NCBI GenBank assembly: GCA_964448095.1
Contig: CAYUUT010000005.1
Coordinates: forward strand, 3,306 to 67,305
Reading direction: 5' to 3'
From: an uncultured Candidatus Saccharibacteria bacterium
Lineage (GTDB): Bacteria; Patescibacteriota; Saccharimonadia; Saccharimonadales; UBA10212
Length of the DNA stretch: 64,000 bases
The notes under the pieces are model-generated. The model saw only the letters and a list, made by a program, of their open reading frames with translations. It did no database searches and had not been told where the DNA came from. Positions 1 to 8,853 of the stretch are shown piece by piece. How positions within the stretch are numbered: the first letter of the stretch is position 1; every line of letters starts with the position of its first letter. Position numbers and translations under genes: made by a program.

Positions 1-2
1 CA

Positions 3-986
3 AATATCGATTATCAATTTGTAAGCTATACCTATAATCAATCAACTCAACAGGAAGACCCAACTGTTCTAGCTAGTGGCAGCGGCACAACCGACAGCAA
101 CGGCTACCTGCAGATCAGCCATTCATTTAATACCGACGATTCAATAACTATTCTGGCGAATGCTACAGATAGCAGCGGTAATAAGGTCCAGGCTCAATAT
201 ACAACCTATTCCAACGGCGATAGCGGCCCGGTAATGGCTGGAGCGGATTATTTGGACTACCTGGATGTTTCCGGCAGTAATGGCACAGCCCAAGTTGGCG
301 ATAGAATCCCTCTGAGCATAACCGCACCACAAAATATGACAGTCCTGGTCAGCTACGAACGCGGGCGTGTTTACAAATACCAGACCGTAAATCTGAAGCA
401 AGGCACCAACAGCTTCCCCATAGACGTTACCGCGCAAATGGCGCCGTCCTTCAACCTGGTCTTCAGCTACTTCGTAAATGGCCGATACCACACCGAAGGC
501 ACCAAGTTTGTAGTTACCAATCCAGCCAGCCAACTTAGCCTGAACGTTACTCCAGACAAAAGCAGCTACACTGCCGGCCAAACTGCCAGTGTCACTATCA
601 AGAGTACTAATGGCGGCCAGCCGGTGTCAGCCAATGCCATTGTGGTAGTTCAGAGCGATTCAGAGTTTAACCTAAACAGCAGTTTCCAGCCGGATATGCT
701 TGCTTATTTCTACTCAGCCCGCGAGTACTCTACCAATTCGTCTTCTTCACTCACCGGCATTGGCGCCGGCGGTGGCGGTAAATGCGGCGGTGGCGGATTC
801 GACCTGCCTGGCCTGCTAAACAACAGCGGCACAACTTTGTACTGGAATCCTTCAGTTACTACCAATAGTAGCGGTACCGCAACGGTTAGCTTCCCCGTAC
901 AATCCGGCAAATGGCATGTATCTGTTTATGCCATGGGCAGTGGCGCCAGCGTAGGTAATACCCAAACAGTTATCACTGCGCAGTAA
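3..986 (+). CDS. C-terminal part of a large secreted MG-domain / alpha-2-macroglobulin-like protein (5' end upstream of window)
   Basis: The frame of the listed 234..986 ORF stays open back to nt 3 (hand translation NIDYQFVSYTYNQ... has no stop). Segments SLNVTPDKSSYTAGQTASVTIKS and TLYWNPSVTTNSSGTATVSFPVQSGKWHVSVYAMG resemble bacterial A2M MG domains. Confidence 0.5.
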   Translation, partial: NIDYQFVSYTYNQSTQQEDPTVLASGSGTTDSNGYLQISHSFNTDDSITILANATDSSGNKVQAQYTTYSNGDSGPVMAGADYLDYLDVSGSNGTAQVGDRIPLSITAPQNMTVLVSYERGRVYKYQTVNLKQGTNSFPIDVTAQMAPSFNLVFSYFVNGRYHTEGTKFVVTNPASQLSLNVTPDKSSYTAGQTASVTIKSTNGGQPVSANAIVVVQSDSEFNLNSSFQPDMLAYFYSAREYSTNSSSSLTGIGAGGGGKCGGGGFDLPGLLNNSGTTLYWNPSVTTNSSGTATVSFPVQSGKWHVSVYAMGSGASVGNTQTVITAQ

Positions 987-994
987 AAGAAAGA

Positions 995-1020
995 GAGGCG
1001 GGGCTGTTAGGCCCCGCCTC
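995..1020. terminator. GC-rich hairpin between convergent genes
   Basis: gaggcggggc-tgttag-gccccgcctc forms a perfect 10-bp stem. On the minus strand it is followed by a T-rich run (tctttctttt). Confidence 0.6.
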
Positions 1021-1059
1021 GGTGGTGTTAAAGCCGCTTTCGCGGCGTTTGCTGGCGGA

Positions 1060-1338
1060 TCACTCGGGATCAGTGGATCCCGGACAATCATCCAGCGCGC
1101 GATCCCAGACCGCCCAGTCAATCTCGGGCGGATGGGTGTCCGAAGGCTGAATCCCTTCCGGGAACAGCTCGTTCATGATCTCGCGACACCCAGCCGTACA
1201 CCTTCCGGCATGGGCGCGATAGCGGGGTCCGTAGACGGGCGATGTCAGGGCAGCCCTGACTTCGTCATCCCCGAATTGCTCCCGTAGGAGCGCCAGCCCG
1301 TGCGGGCCGGGACGGGGCCCTTTGGAGCCCGGCGGCAT
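1060..1338 (-). CDS. hypothetical 92-aa protein on a short GC-rich patch
   Basis: The ATG is preceded by a strong SD (AAGGAGGTGAtgcagtATG on the minus strand). The ORF body is visibly more GC-rich than its flanks. No family recognised. Confidence 0.55.
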   Translation of the reverse strand: MPPGSKGPRPGPHGLALLREQFGDDEVRAALTSPVYGPRYRAHAGRCTAGCREIMNELFPEGIQPSDTHPPEIDWAVWDRALDDCPGSTDPE

Positions 1339-1410
1339 ACTGCATCACCTCCTTGTTTCAACGAGACAACACCTTATGCGTTTATAGTATGACAGATTAA
1401 TTTATTTTGG

Positions 1411-2484
1411 TCAATGGCCGTTACGAATGGCGCGCGTCGGCACTCTGGCAATTCTCTTTCGTGTGTGTTCGCTAAGCCGATTGGCTTCATCCAGTAAGTC
1501 TCTGACGGTTTGCTTAAACTCATCTCCCTCAATCTTAAAATCCTCAGAGATTTCAGCTTGCTCGGGCGGCCAAACCGTGAATTTATAATCCCGCCCATGG
1601 TTTTTGCGAATGGCCGCTTCCGTTTCATATTTTTCATTGGGCCCCTTGCCCCGTGGCTTTGAGGACTTTGCGTCGATAAAAAATATCCAGCCATTGCGTT
1701 CATAAACCACGTCTCCGCCCATGGCGTCCTCTTCGGCCGTTCCATAACGCAAAGTACCTCTGGAAGCTTCATCCAGCTCACTTACTTCCTCTGCCACCGC
1801 TTTGCTAATTGCCAATTCGGCGCTGACGCCTGATTCCCTCTTCGCGGCATAATTTCTATTGGCCTGACAAGCCGCCGCCATAATCTGCGTTAAGTGTGAA
1901 CGCCCCAGTTTGGCTTGTTGGCCAAAATCACTTTCAAATAAACTCCTTACCTTGCCGCTAAAGATAATCCCGCTGCTTGCCGCTGCTCTCCTTTCGTGGG
2001 CAAAAAAATCCCTTACCCGACGAATCTCAGATGCATCCTGGTCAATCGCCCGACTAATATTAATCTTGGCGTCGGCCTCCCCGATTAGAGCTTTTAGCCG
2101 GTTGGCATAGGCGGTGTCTAAAACGTCACTTGTTCCGGCGCGTACAATTCCGGCCAAGTCGGCCCGCAGTCCTTCATCAGCAATCAGGATGGTTGTTTCT
2201 CCTACCTGACCATTGGCTACAAAGTTCGCCTCTACAGTCTTAGCTTGGTCCGTTTCCCAAAAGGCTGCCACGTTTCTAATCATTTCCTGCAGCTGCGGTG
2301 TCTTTAGGCCGTCCAGGCTTTCTTGGCAAAAAGCCCTTCTATCTATGCCGGTTTCGCGGTTTAAGGCCAAGGCTTGGGCCGCGGAGTAGCCGGCAACCAC
2401 CCGGCAGATATATTCGGCGCTTGGGCCGCTAACTTCGGGGCTAGACCCAGATTCAGATGGTGGTTGCCGGTTTTCTTCGGTCAT
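1411..2484 (-). CDS. hypothetical protein with C-terminal PD-(D/E)xK-like nuclease motif
   Basis: 357 aa. The C-terminal RYGTAEEDAMGGDVVYERNGWIFFIDAKSSKPRGKG fits E...D-x13-DxK. The same motif and spacing occur in the 10336..11337 product. Confidence 0.6.
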   Translation of the reverse strand: MTEENRQPPSESGSSPEVSGPSAEYICRVVAGYSAAQALALNRETGIDRRAFCQESLDGLKTPQLQEMIRNVAAFWETDQAKTVEANFVANGQVGETTILIADEGLRADLAGIVRAGTSDVLDTAYANRLKALIGEADAKINISRAIDQDASEIRRVRDFFAHERRAAASSGIIFSGKVRSLFESDFGQQAKLGRSHLTQIMAAACQANRNYAAKRESGVSAELAISKAVAEEVSELDEASRGTLRYGTAEEDAMGGDVVYERNGWIFFIDAKSSKPRGKGPNEKYETEAAIRKNHGRDYKFTVWPPEQAEISEDFKIEGDEFKQTVRDLLDEANRLSEHTRKRIARVPTRAIRNGH

Positions 2485-2562
2485 TTTGGTTTTGGATTTC
2501 TGGAGGTCATATTAACATAAATTGCCCTACCCGTAAAAGCCGGTCGTATATAACTGTTCCGC

Positions 2563-2584
2563 ATAACTTAGAAATAACTTAGAA
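2563..2584 (+). repeat. perfect 11-nt tandem duplication (ataacttagaa x2) in the promoter region of 2593..3183
   Basis: Read directly. The second unit supplies TAGAAT (2580..2585) 7 nt upstream of the ATG, with no SD between. Confidence 0.8.
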
Positions 2585-2592
2585 TAATTGTT

Positions 2593-3183
2593 ATGGCTAA
2601 AAGTAAAGTTAGACAAAGTAAATTCATTTGGGCTGCGTCCGTGATCGTATTGATAATTGCGGGGTATTTTGTTTACCAATATGTTGCAACTCAAATTAAT
2701 AAGAGGGATTTTATTCAGGCACGGGCGGCGATTGATGCGGTTTATGTTGACATTGTGGCCAAGGTTGGCCAGCCGGATAACTCTAAACGAACCAACGATT
2801 GCAGCCGCCCCAGTGAAGAGTTTGAGCAAGGGCCGCTCTCCTGCTCGGTGGCTACGGACTTTATTTATGGGGTCGATAACGAGGAGCAAGCCAACCAGCT
2901 GTTTAAGCAAATTCAAGGGGTTATAGCGATGCATTCGGACCAGTTTAAGCCAACCAAACCGCTATCTGGGGCGATAGCTGACACGCTAGTGGTAAATACT
3001 TATTATCATTCAACGCTTGATTATTATCAAAATGCACACGGGTTACTATGCGTATCGAGTTATATTTATGACACGCCCAGAGAGATTAATCTCTCTATAA
3101 AAAACTCAGATAAAAAGTCCTTTGAGGCTGGCATAGCATGTTCTGGCTCGGCCAAGAGTCAGTATTACTCACTAGATCAATAG
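2593..3183 (+). CDS. membrane-anchored or secreted hypothetical protein
   Basis: 196 aa. A basic N-terminus is followed by the hydrophobic helix FIWAASVIVLIIAGYFVY. No family recognised. Confidence 0.6.
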   Translation: MAKSKVRQSKFIWAASVIVLIIAGYFVYQYVATQINKRDFIQARAAIDAVYVDIVAKVGQPDNSKRTNDCSRPSEEFEQGPLSCSVATDFIYGVDNEEQANQLFKQIQGVIAMHSDQFKPTKPLSGAIADTLVVNTYYHSTLDYYQNAHGLLCVSSYIYDTPREINLSIKNSDKKSFEAGIACSGSAKSQYYSLDQ

Positions 3184-3205
3184 TTTACCGAACCTGAGAA
3201 TGAGC

Positions 3206-3214
3206 TGATATAAT
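3206..3214 (+). promoter_or_regulatory. extended -10 element TGaTATAAT
   Basis: tgatataat ends 25 nt upstream of the ATG at 3240. The identical 9-mer recurs at 7561..7569. Confidence 0.4.
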
Positions 3215-3239
3215 TTGACCGTTAGTCAAATTAGTTATT

Positions 3240-5804
3240 ATGCTTAAGTTTTTAAGATATTTCTTGGCATTTGTTGGGGCAGCGCTATTCATTTTGCTGG
3301 CCAATATGGCTGGTGCTGACTCTGCTCCGTCTTGGCTGGAGAGCAACGAGCTAAACCTGCAAAAGCAGGCCGAAGTCTCGACTCTGCCAGTTGCGGTAAA
3401 CGGCAACATCGATTGCTATCAGTCAGATATTAATACCTGTGCTATCCCGACGCAATACGGCTCAGCCACCTTTAATAGCTCGGCGGCGCTGCACGGTTCA
3501 TCGGTCTTTCACCCGGTGATTAGCTACATTGATAACCACCAACGCTTTCTCCCGGTTCCCAATTCCAGCACGGTTATTACTTATACCACGAACCCGACTT
3601 ACGGATTCTATCTGTACTTTAATTATGACCTTGCTGGTTCAATATCCGCGATTAATCAGGGCTCGGGCCCGGAATATAAAATCAACCAACCACCGGATGG
3701 CGAGCTGGCAGATGCTAGCGGCCATCTCTTGCCGGCCGACTATACCTCCATGAGTTTTTCGCAAAACGGCCAGTGGATGGTGGTGTCGGACCCTAATGTG
3801 GCCATGTTGCGGGTAAATCTGCAGACTTTCCAAGTAACCCCCTTTGCACAGGGATTTAACTATACGGAGGGGCTGGCTCCGGATTTACGCACGGCTATCA
3901 GTGACGATGGCCGCTATGCTGTTGTGTCGTCTAAAAACTTTAATGTCCTTACCATCTACGACTTAAGCACTTGCGAGCCTACGCCCGGGAATATAACTGG
4001 TCCAGTTGACTGCCAGTCACGGGATTTATCCTTATTACTCCACCAGCAAATTGATGGCTACATTAATTCTAGTAATATTCGCTTTATCGATGACGATGTT
4101 CTGAGTCTATACGCGACTTACGGCTCTGGCGTCGCTAGTGTTACGGCCAAATTTTTGCTAAGCGACAGTGGCTCAAATATTAATCAGCTAGAATATCTGG
4201 CACTGGGCGATTCTTACATATCCGGCGAAGGCGCCTTTGACTACCAGGCTGGAACCGATACTGATGATAACCACTGCCATATTTCGCAGGTAGCCTATCC
4301 TTATTTACTGGGGCACGATTTAAATTTTGATTCTTATCATTCGGTTGCCTGCTCTGGAGCTCTAACAAACGATATTACAGACACAGACGATAACTATAGT
4401 GGTCAAGTAAGGAATAAACTTCCACGCAGTAAGCGAGAGGTCCCTAGTATCATTAATAATTTCCAGCCGGGCTATATCGACCAGTTGGACTTTGTCAGCA
4501 ATTACCAACCCAAAATTATTACCGTATCAATTGGCGGCAATGACATCGGATTTTCAGCTAAACTGCGCAGCTGCTTGGGCATAAGTACCTGCTATAACAA
4601 TTATGAAGACCGGTTAGAGTTTGTGCGCGAGGTTAACGGCAAGTTCGACGCTTTGGTTAACACCTATACTCAGATCAAAAATGCCGATGCGCCGGACGCC
4701 CTGATTTATGTCATCGGCTATCCGCAAATTGCCAAAGCCGGTGGCGACTGTGCCGATAACGTCCATATGAACAATGATGAGTTAATTTTTGCCCAACAAG
4801 CCATAAGCTATCTAGATACGGTTGTCCAAGCGGCTGCGGCCAAGGCCGGAGTAGACTATGTGGATACGCAAAATGCGCTGGACGGGCACCGGCTATGCGA
4901 GGCCGGGCCGGGCTCGATAGCAATGAACGGTATAACTGCAGGTCATGACGCCCCGGCGTTCCTGAGCGGCCCATTTGGTAATGAGAGTTATCATCCAAAT
5001 GCCTTCGGCCACGAGCTATTGGAAAATACTGTCTTATCTAAGACGCATAACCTAACTGACCCCATGCCCGCGGCTGACCTTACGGCTTCCGAACCATCAG
5101 AAACAGGACTGGACATCCTAAACGTGCCTAGCGATGGGCGAGATGTGAAGACTACAGAATACGATCCTACTATATCGGGGGATGTCTTGTTCAAGCAGTC
5201 GCTGAACTCAATGTCAGTAAAAGGCGTAGATCATTCCCTCGCCGCCAATACGAGTTTACAGGTCGAGGTACACTCATTTCCTGTATCGCTCGGAACTTTT
5301 GCGACAGATGACACTGGCAATCTATCAGTACAAATCGCAATTCCCGATAGCGTACCGGCTGGTTATCACACGCTTCATCTCTACGGCAATGATCTCAATG
5401 ATCAGCCCATAGATATCTATAAAGTCGTATATATTGCCGGCAGCCCGGATGATTTAGACGGCGACGGGATTCCTGATAGTGGTGAGGCTTGTGTTGGCGT
5501 TCCGGCTTCCGGCCGCGACCTGGACCAGGACGGCATTGATGATAGTTGCGATGGAACAGTCGCCTTACCACCGGCACAGATAAAGGATGCCGCAGAGGTG
5601 GATTCTATACAGCGTTCCAATCCCTCGACGTCAAGTTCTAAGGTTCTGGGGGCGCAAAGCGCTAAAAAATTGGCTACCGCCGCGCCGAACGAGCTGACAG
5701 CGATGGCGTCTGTCCAAAAGCCCAATGCTAAGGTTATGGCTGCGGCTGGCGGGGTCTGCGTATGGATTGTTCTGTGCTATGCGGCTTATAAATTACGAAT
5801 CTGA
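3240..5804 (+). CDS. secreted SGNH/GDSL-family hydrolase with Asp-rich calcium-binding-type repeats and a C-terminal membrane anchor
   Basis: Signal-like N-terminus. GDSL block LALGDSYISGEGA, GGND block SIGGNDIGF, and C-terminal SYHPNAFGH. DLDGDGIPDS and DLDQDGIDDSCD repeats. Terminal helix GGVCVWIVLCYAAYKLRI. Confidence 0.7.
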   Translation: MLKFLRYFLAFVGAALFILLANMAGADSAPSWLESNELNLQKQAEVSTLPVAVNGNIDCYQSDINTCAIPTQYGSATFNSSAALHGSSVFHPVISYIDNHQRFLPVPNSSTVITYTTNPTYGFYLYFNYDLAGSISAINQGSGPEYKINQPPDGELADASGHLLPADYTSMSFSQNGQWMVVSDPNVAMLRVNLQTFQVTPFAQGFNYTEGLAPDLRTAISDDGRYAVVSSKNFNVLTIYDLSTCEPTPGNITGPVDCQSRDLSLLLHQQIDGYINSSNIRFIDDDVLSLYATYGSGVASVTAKFLLSDSGSNINQLEYLALGDSYISGEGAFDYQAGTDTDDNHCHISQVAYPYLLGHDLNFDSYHSVACSGALTNDITDTDDNYSGQVRNKLPRSKREVPSIINNFQPGYIDQLDFVSNYQPKIITVSIGGNDIGFSAKLRSCLGISTCYNNYEDRLEFVREVNGKFDALVNTYTQIKNADAPDALIYVIGYPQIAKAGGDCADNVHMNNDELIFAQQAISYLDTVVQAAAAKAGVDYVDTQNALDGHRLCEAGPGSIAMNGITAGHDAPAFLSGPFGNESYHPNAFGHELLENTVLSKTHNLTDPMPAADLTASEPSETGLDILNVPSDGRDVKTTEYDPTISGDVLFKQSLNSMSVKGVDHSLAANTSLQVEVHSFPVSLGTFATDDTGNLSVQIAIPDSVPAGYHTLHLYGNDLNDQPIDIYKVVYIAGSPDDLDGDGIPDSGEACVGVPASGRDLDQDGIDDSCDGTVALPPAQIKDAAEVDSIQRSNPSTSSSKVLGAQSAKKLATAAPNELTAMASVQKPNAKVMAAAGGVCVWIVLCYAAYKLRI

Positions 5805-5825
5805 ATAATCATTTGAGTGCGAGGA

Positions 5826-5849
5826 GTGCGGTGGCCGAAGCCACCGCAC
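5826..5849. terminator. GC-rich hairpin between convergent genes
   Basis: gtgcggtggc-cgaa-gccaccgcac forms a perfect 10-bp stem between 3240..5804 (+) and 5874..6302 (-). Confidence 0.6.
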
Positions 5850-5873
5850 ACCCCCGATCGCTCTACGGCCCGA

Positions 5874-6302
5874 TCAGCCGGCCATCTCCAGCCGGAGGTC
5901 GAGAACGCACTCGTCCGCGGCGTCCTTGGTGTGGATGATCGCGAGCTCGCGGCCGCGAAGCAGGCTGAGCTGGATCACCTCGTGTGCCGAGCCCGGCTGG
6001 GGAGCCGTGTCGTCCGGCATGATGACGTCGAGGAGCGCGTGAACCCGCAGGTACTGCCGAGGGCTGAGAACGTGCTGGCAGCGGTAGTACCTGCTCCGGC
6101 GGGCCTTGACGACCGCGTCGCGGAGCAACAGGTAGAGCTCCCGAGCCTGCCGGCGATTGCACCTGTACCCCTTGGCACAGGCCTCGTCGCGGATTGACCG
6201 GACCACCGCGCCCATTGTCGGTCTGGTGGGCGCCTGGTCGAGCGCGGAGCGAACGTCCGAGCCGATGGTGCTGGAACCGACCTCTTGGGTCGCTACTACC
6301 AT
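5874..6302 (-). CDS. hypothetical 142-aa protein on a GC-rich patch
   Basis: SD present (AGGAGatggcaccATG). In this frame third codon positions are almost all G/C (hand check of the last ~22 codons). The overlapping ORFs 5817..6197, 5863..6162 and 5975..6178 are treated as shadows. Confidence 0.6.
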   Translation of the reverse strand: MVVATQEVGSSTIGSDVRSALDQAPTRPTMGAVVRSIRDEACAKGYRCNRRQARELYLLLRDAVVKARRSRYYRCQHVLSPRQYLRVHALLDVIMPDDTAPQPGSAHEVIQLSLLRGRELAIIHTKDAADECVLDLRLEMAG

Positions 6303-6445
6303 GGTGCCATCTCCTCTCGGATACCCCAGGGTCCCCTATGGACTCCGGCGGATTAGATATAATCTATAATATTTGTAATTAATTGGCAACATTTAATTGT
6401 ACTTAAGCTTGCAAATCCAGAACTTTAGGCTAATCTGTTGAACAG

Positions 6446-6946
6446 ATGGAAAGACGCGAATTGATAATAACCGCCAAGAACTATACGTTTAGCGCGGTCG
6501 GCTCACTGATAGAAGCCAGTCGCCAACTGGCGGCCAGGCGCGAGCAAGCCGCATCGGAAAAGGCGGCTCGCGAAGCCGCCCACAAAGCCCTTTATGCCCA
6601 TATAGGGAATGTTTTTGAGATGAACGCTCATCTTGTTAGACACGAAGGCCAAAAGACAGTTTTGCCCTTTCCCAATGGCGATGATGGTTGGGTGGTTATT
6701 GAGTCAAGGAAGGTGGACAAATCACCTACTTCTTACTGGATACATTGGTTAGACCAGTCTTATAATCCGCGTCCAGAAGCGGATGGATACACCCGAGTCA
6801 TACGCAGCTGCCAGGACCAAGCAGCTCTAATTACCAGGCATAATCACACTGATGAGTATCTGAATTGGCAAAATAATCCGGCGCTTAATGACAAGCCTTT
6901 AGAGACCGAAGCCGCCCTGCATCTGACAGAGGCTTTAGAGCCTTAA
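6446..6946 (+). CDS. hypothetical protein
   Basis: 166 aa, no family recognised. TTGCAA-16nt-TAATCT boxes end 9 nt before the ATG and there is no SD. Confidence 0.55.
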   Translation: MERRELIITAKNYTFSAVGSLIEASRQLAARREQAASEKAAREAAHKALYAHIGNVFEMNAHLVRHEGQKTVLPFPNGDDGWVVIESRKVDKSPTSYWIHWLDQSYNPRPEADGYTRVIRSCQDQAALITRHNHTDEYLNWQNNPALNDKPLETEAALHLTEALEP

Positions 6947-6955
6947 AAACAATTA

Positions 6956-6997
6956 AAAACGCCGCAATCGTCTTCTCACTCCCGTTCGCGGCGTTTT
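6956..6997 (+). terminator. stem-loop downstream of 6446..6946
   Basis: aaaacgccgc ... gcggcgtttt are complementary 10-mers with a 22-nt loop and a T-run at the 3' side. Confidence 0.45.
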
Positions 6998-7142
6998 ATG
7001 CTAGTACCCGCTATTCAGCTTATGGGTATACCTCGAGCATATCTCTATTAAATAACATTCCGATGGCTATTTCTGTGAGATAGCTCACGGCTTTGAATAA
7101 AAACTCGGGTTATGCTGAGTTTACAAAGTAAAGGAGCACATT

Positions 7143-7526
7143 ATGACTACCCACGTAGAAAAAATCAGAAGGCAGCCAACTGCGAGCGGCGGTTTGTACG
7201 AAAAGCGAGAGGTTACAACCACCGGCGCTAATCAAGTAGATGGCCAAACGCTTGGTGCGCGTGTAGTTTGGTATCTGGCGGGCATACTTTTAGTTTTGTT
7301 GGGCTTTAGATTTGTATTGTCACTTTTGGGCGCCAATACCACCAACGGCTTTGCCAGTTTTATTTACTCCACTTCCCACCCTTTCGTAGCGCCGTTCTTT
7401 AGCTTGTTTAGCTATAATTACCGTTACGGCGTTTCCAGGTTCGAGATTTACACCCTGGCAGCAATGCTGGTCTATATGGTGATTGCCTGGGGAATTGTGT
7501 CCCTGATCACACTCAACCGCCGTTAA
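7143..7526 (+). CDS. YggT-like small membrane protein
   Basis: SD AAAGGAGcacattATG. The two-TM core FRFVLSLLGAN..FIYSTSHPFVAPFF..LAAMLVYMVIAWGIV resembles the YggT family. Confidence 0.5.
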   Translation: MTTHVEKIRRQPTASGGLYEKREVTTTGANQVDGQTLGARVVWYLAGILLVLLGFRFVLSLLGANTTNGFASFIYSTSHPFVAPFFSLFSYNYRYGVSRFEIYTLAAMLVYMVIAWGIVSLITLNRR

Positions 7527-7560
7527 GTAAATCTGCATGCGCTCGTTGTTTGGCTTGGCT

Positions 7561-7569
7561 TGATATAAT
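7561..7569 (+). promoter_or_regulatory. extended -10 (TGaTATAAT) implying a leaderless mRNA for 7576..7980
   Basis: TATAAT at 7564..7569 lies only 6 nt from the ATG at 7576, with no SD. Confidence 0.5.
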
Positions 7570-7575
7570 CCAGGC

Positions 7576-7980
7576 ATGATTAAGGCAGTCATTTTTGACT
7601 ACGGAGCGGTGATAAACCGCCGGTTGCGCTTGCAAAAACCAATACTCAAGCTGGCGGCAGAGCTGCGAGCCAACGGTGTCAAAACGGCTGTTTTATCTAA
7701 TATGGTCGTTCCGCTAGCCTGGGCCGTAAAACACCGTAGGACACTGCAGGATTTTGAACCGAACATTTTTTCTTGTGACATTGGCGTGCGCAAGCCAAAT
7801 GCCAAAAGCTACGAGGCAGTTATTGAGCGGCTAGGCCTAAAGCCCGAAGAGTGCCTATTTGTAGATAACCGCGCCGATAATATTGCCGGCGCCCAAGCGG
7901 TTGGTATGCAAACCGTCCAAGCCAAAAACACCACCCAAACTATTGCTGATATTAGAAGCTATTTGACGCGTTCGCGGTAG
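7576..7980 (+). CDS. HAD-superfamily hydrolase (short form)
   Basis: Begins MIKAVIFDYGAVI and contains CLFVDNRADNIAGAQAVGM. Paralogue of 37774..38358, which begins MIKAVIFDCFGVL. Confidence 0.7.
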   Translation: MIKAVIFDYGAVINRRLRLQKPILKLAAELRANGVKTAVLSNMVVPLAWAVKHRRTLQDFEPNIFSCDIGVRKPNAKSYEAVIERLGLKPEECLFVDNRADNIAGAQAVGMQTVQAKNTTQTIADIRSYLTRSR

Positions 7981-8468
7981 GCGCCGGTGGTCGTATCGAC
8001 CGAGATTAGGTCGCCGGTTTTGACAAAAGCCGGCACTTTTACGGTGATGCCGGTTTCTAGCTTGGCATCTTTGGTGATGGCGCTGCTGGTATCGCCTTTG
8101 ACGGCATTTTCGGTATAGGTGACCTTTAGGGGCAGGTTTTTTGGCAGTTCAATGTTGATAACCTGGCCGTCAAAGAACTGGGCTGCCACCGTATCGCCGT
8201 CTTTCATAAAACCGGCTTGATCTTCCATGGCTTCGGCGTCAAGCTCGTACTGTTCGTAGCTTTCCGGATCCATAAAATAAAATTTGCTGGCATCTTTGTA
8301 TAAATACTGCATCGGCCGGTTTGATACATCGGCGCTATCGACCGTGTCGTTACCATGGAAAGTCTTGCTTAGGACTTTGCCGTCCACCAGGCTTTTGATT
8401 TTAACGTTAACTGTTGAACCGCCGCGGCCCATAACTTTCTGGCTGTATTCGGTCACACGATATGGCAC
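7959..8468 (-). CDS. efp: elongation factor P (true start probably upstream at a non-ATG/GTG/TTG codon)
   Basis: The product VPYRVTEYSQKVMGRGGSTVNVKIKSL...KGDTSS...GAYRERVK is typical EF-P. Conserved N-terminal residues (L)SITNLRKGTIFALDG are encoded in frame directly upstream of the listed ATG (8469..8525). Confidence 0.9.
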   Translation of the reverse strand: MPYRVTEYSQKVMGRGGSTVNVKIKSLVDGKVLSKTFHGNDTVDSADVSNRPMQYLYKDASKFYFMDPESYEQYELDAEAMEDQAGFMKDGDTVAAQFFDGQVINIELPKNLPLKVTYTENAVKGDTSSAITKDAKLETGITVKVPAFVKTGDLISVDTTTGAYRERVK

Positions 8469-8496
8469 GCCGTCCAGCGCAAAGATGGTGCCTTTT

Positions 8497-8853
8497 CTAA
8501 GATTGGTAATCGATAGTGCTATTATTAAGCTCCGCTATTAGTTGGTGGATTTGGGCGCTGAGGCTGGCGACGTCCACCGGCCCGAAAATATTGTACTCGC
8601 TGGCCTTTAGGATCCGGGCGTTGGCTTTGGTTAGCCACTGCTTCGCCCGTTTGGTGTTGCCAGCCTGTTCTTCTGGTGTTTCTGAAAGTTCGTAAGTGTT
8701 GGCGTAAGTTCGGGCATGCTCCAGGTCCTGTTTGAGCTCCAGTAGGTTCATACGTACACTGGCGCTTTGATGAGTTAGGTCAAACTTACGCAAGACACTA
8801 CTTACCTCTTGCTCGATTTGCTTGGCTTGCGCCGCCGGCGATTTATTAACCAT
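8497..8853 (-). CDS. hypothetical helical protein in the slot downstream of rpsR
   Basis: 118 aa. Its start overlaps the rpsR stop by 8 nt (AATGGTTAA). No resemblance to L9 or any family I recognise. Confidence 0.55.
   Translation of the reverse strand: MVNKSPAAQAKQIEQEVSSVLRKFDLTHQSASVRMNLLELKQDLEHARTYANTYELSETPEEQAGNTKRAKQWLTKANARILKASEYNIFGPVDVASLSAQIHQLIAELNNSTIDYQS

Noticed and set aside
5817-6197. Plus-strand 126-aa ORF and other-frame ORFs (5863..6162, 5975..6178) on the GC-rich patch
   Set aside because: G/C enrichment at third positions and an SD support the 5874..6302 minus-strand frame. The others are frame shadows typical of high-GC sequence.
6446-6946. Possible shared GDD-x-VV motif linking the 166-aa (PFPNGDDGWVVIESRK) and 204-aa (42965..43579, PFNPDNEGFGDDIVVQIGDYAVK) orphans to the PD-(D/E)xK-like pair
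   Set aside because: The match is short, the spacing differs and it is easily explained by chance. Not strong enough to claim a family.
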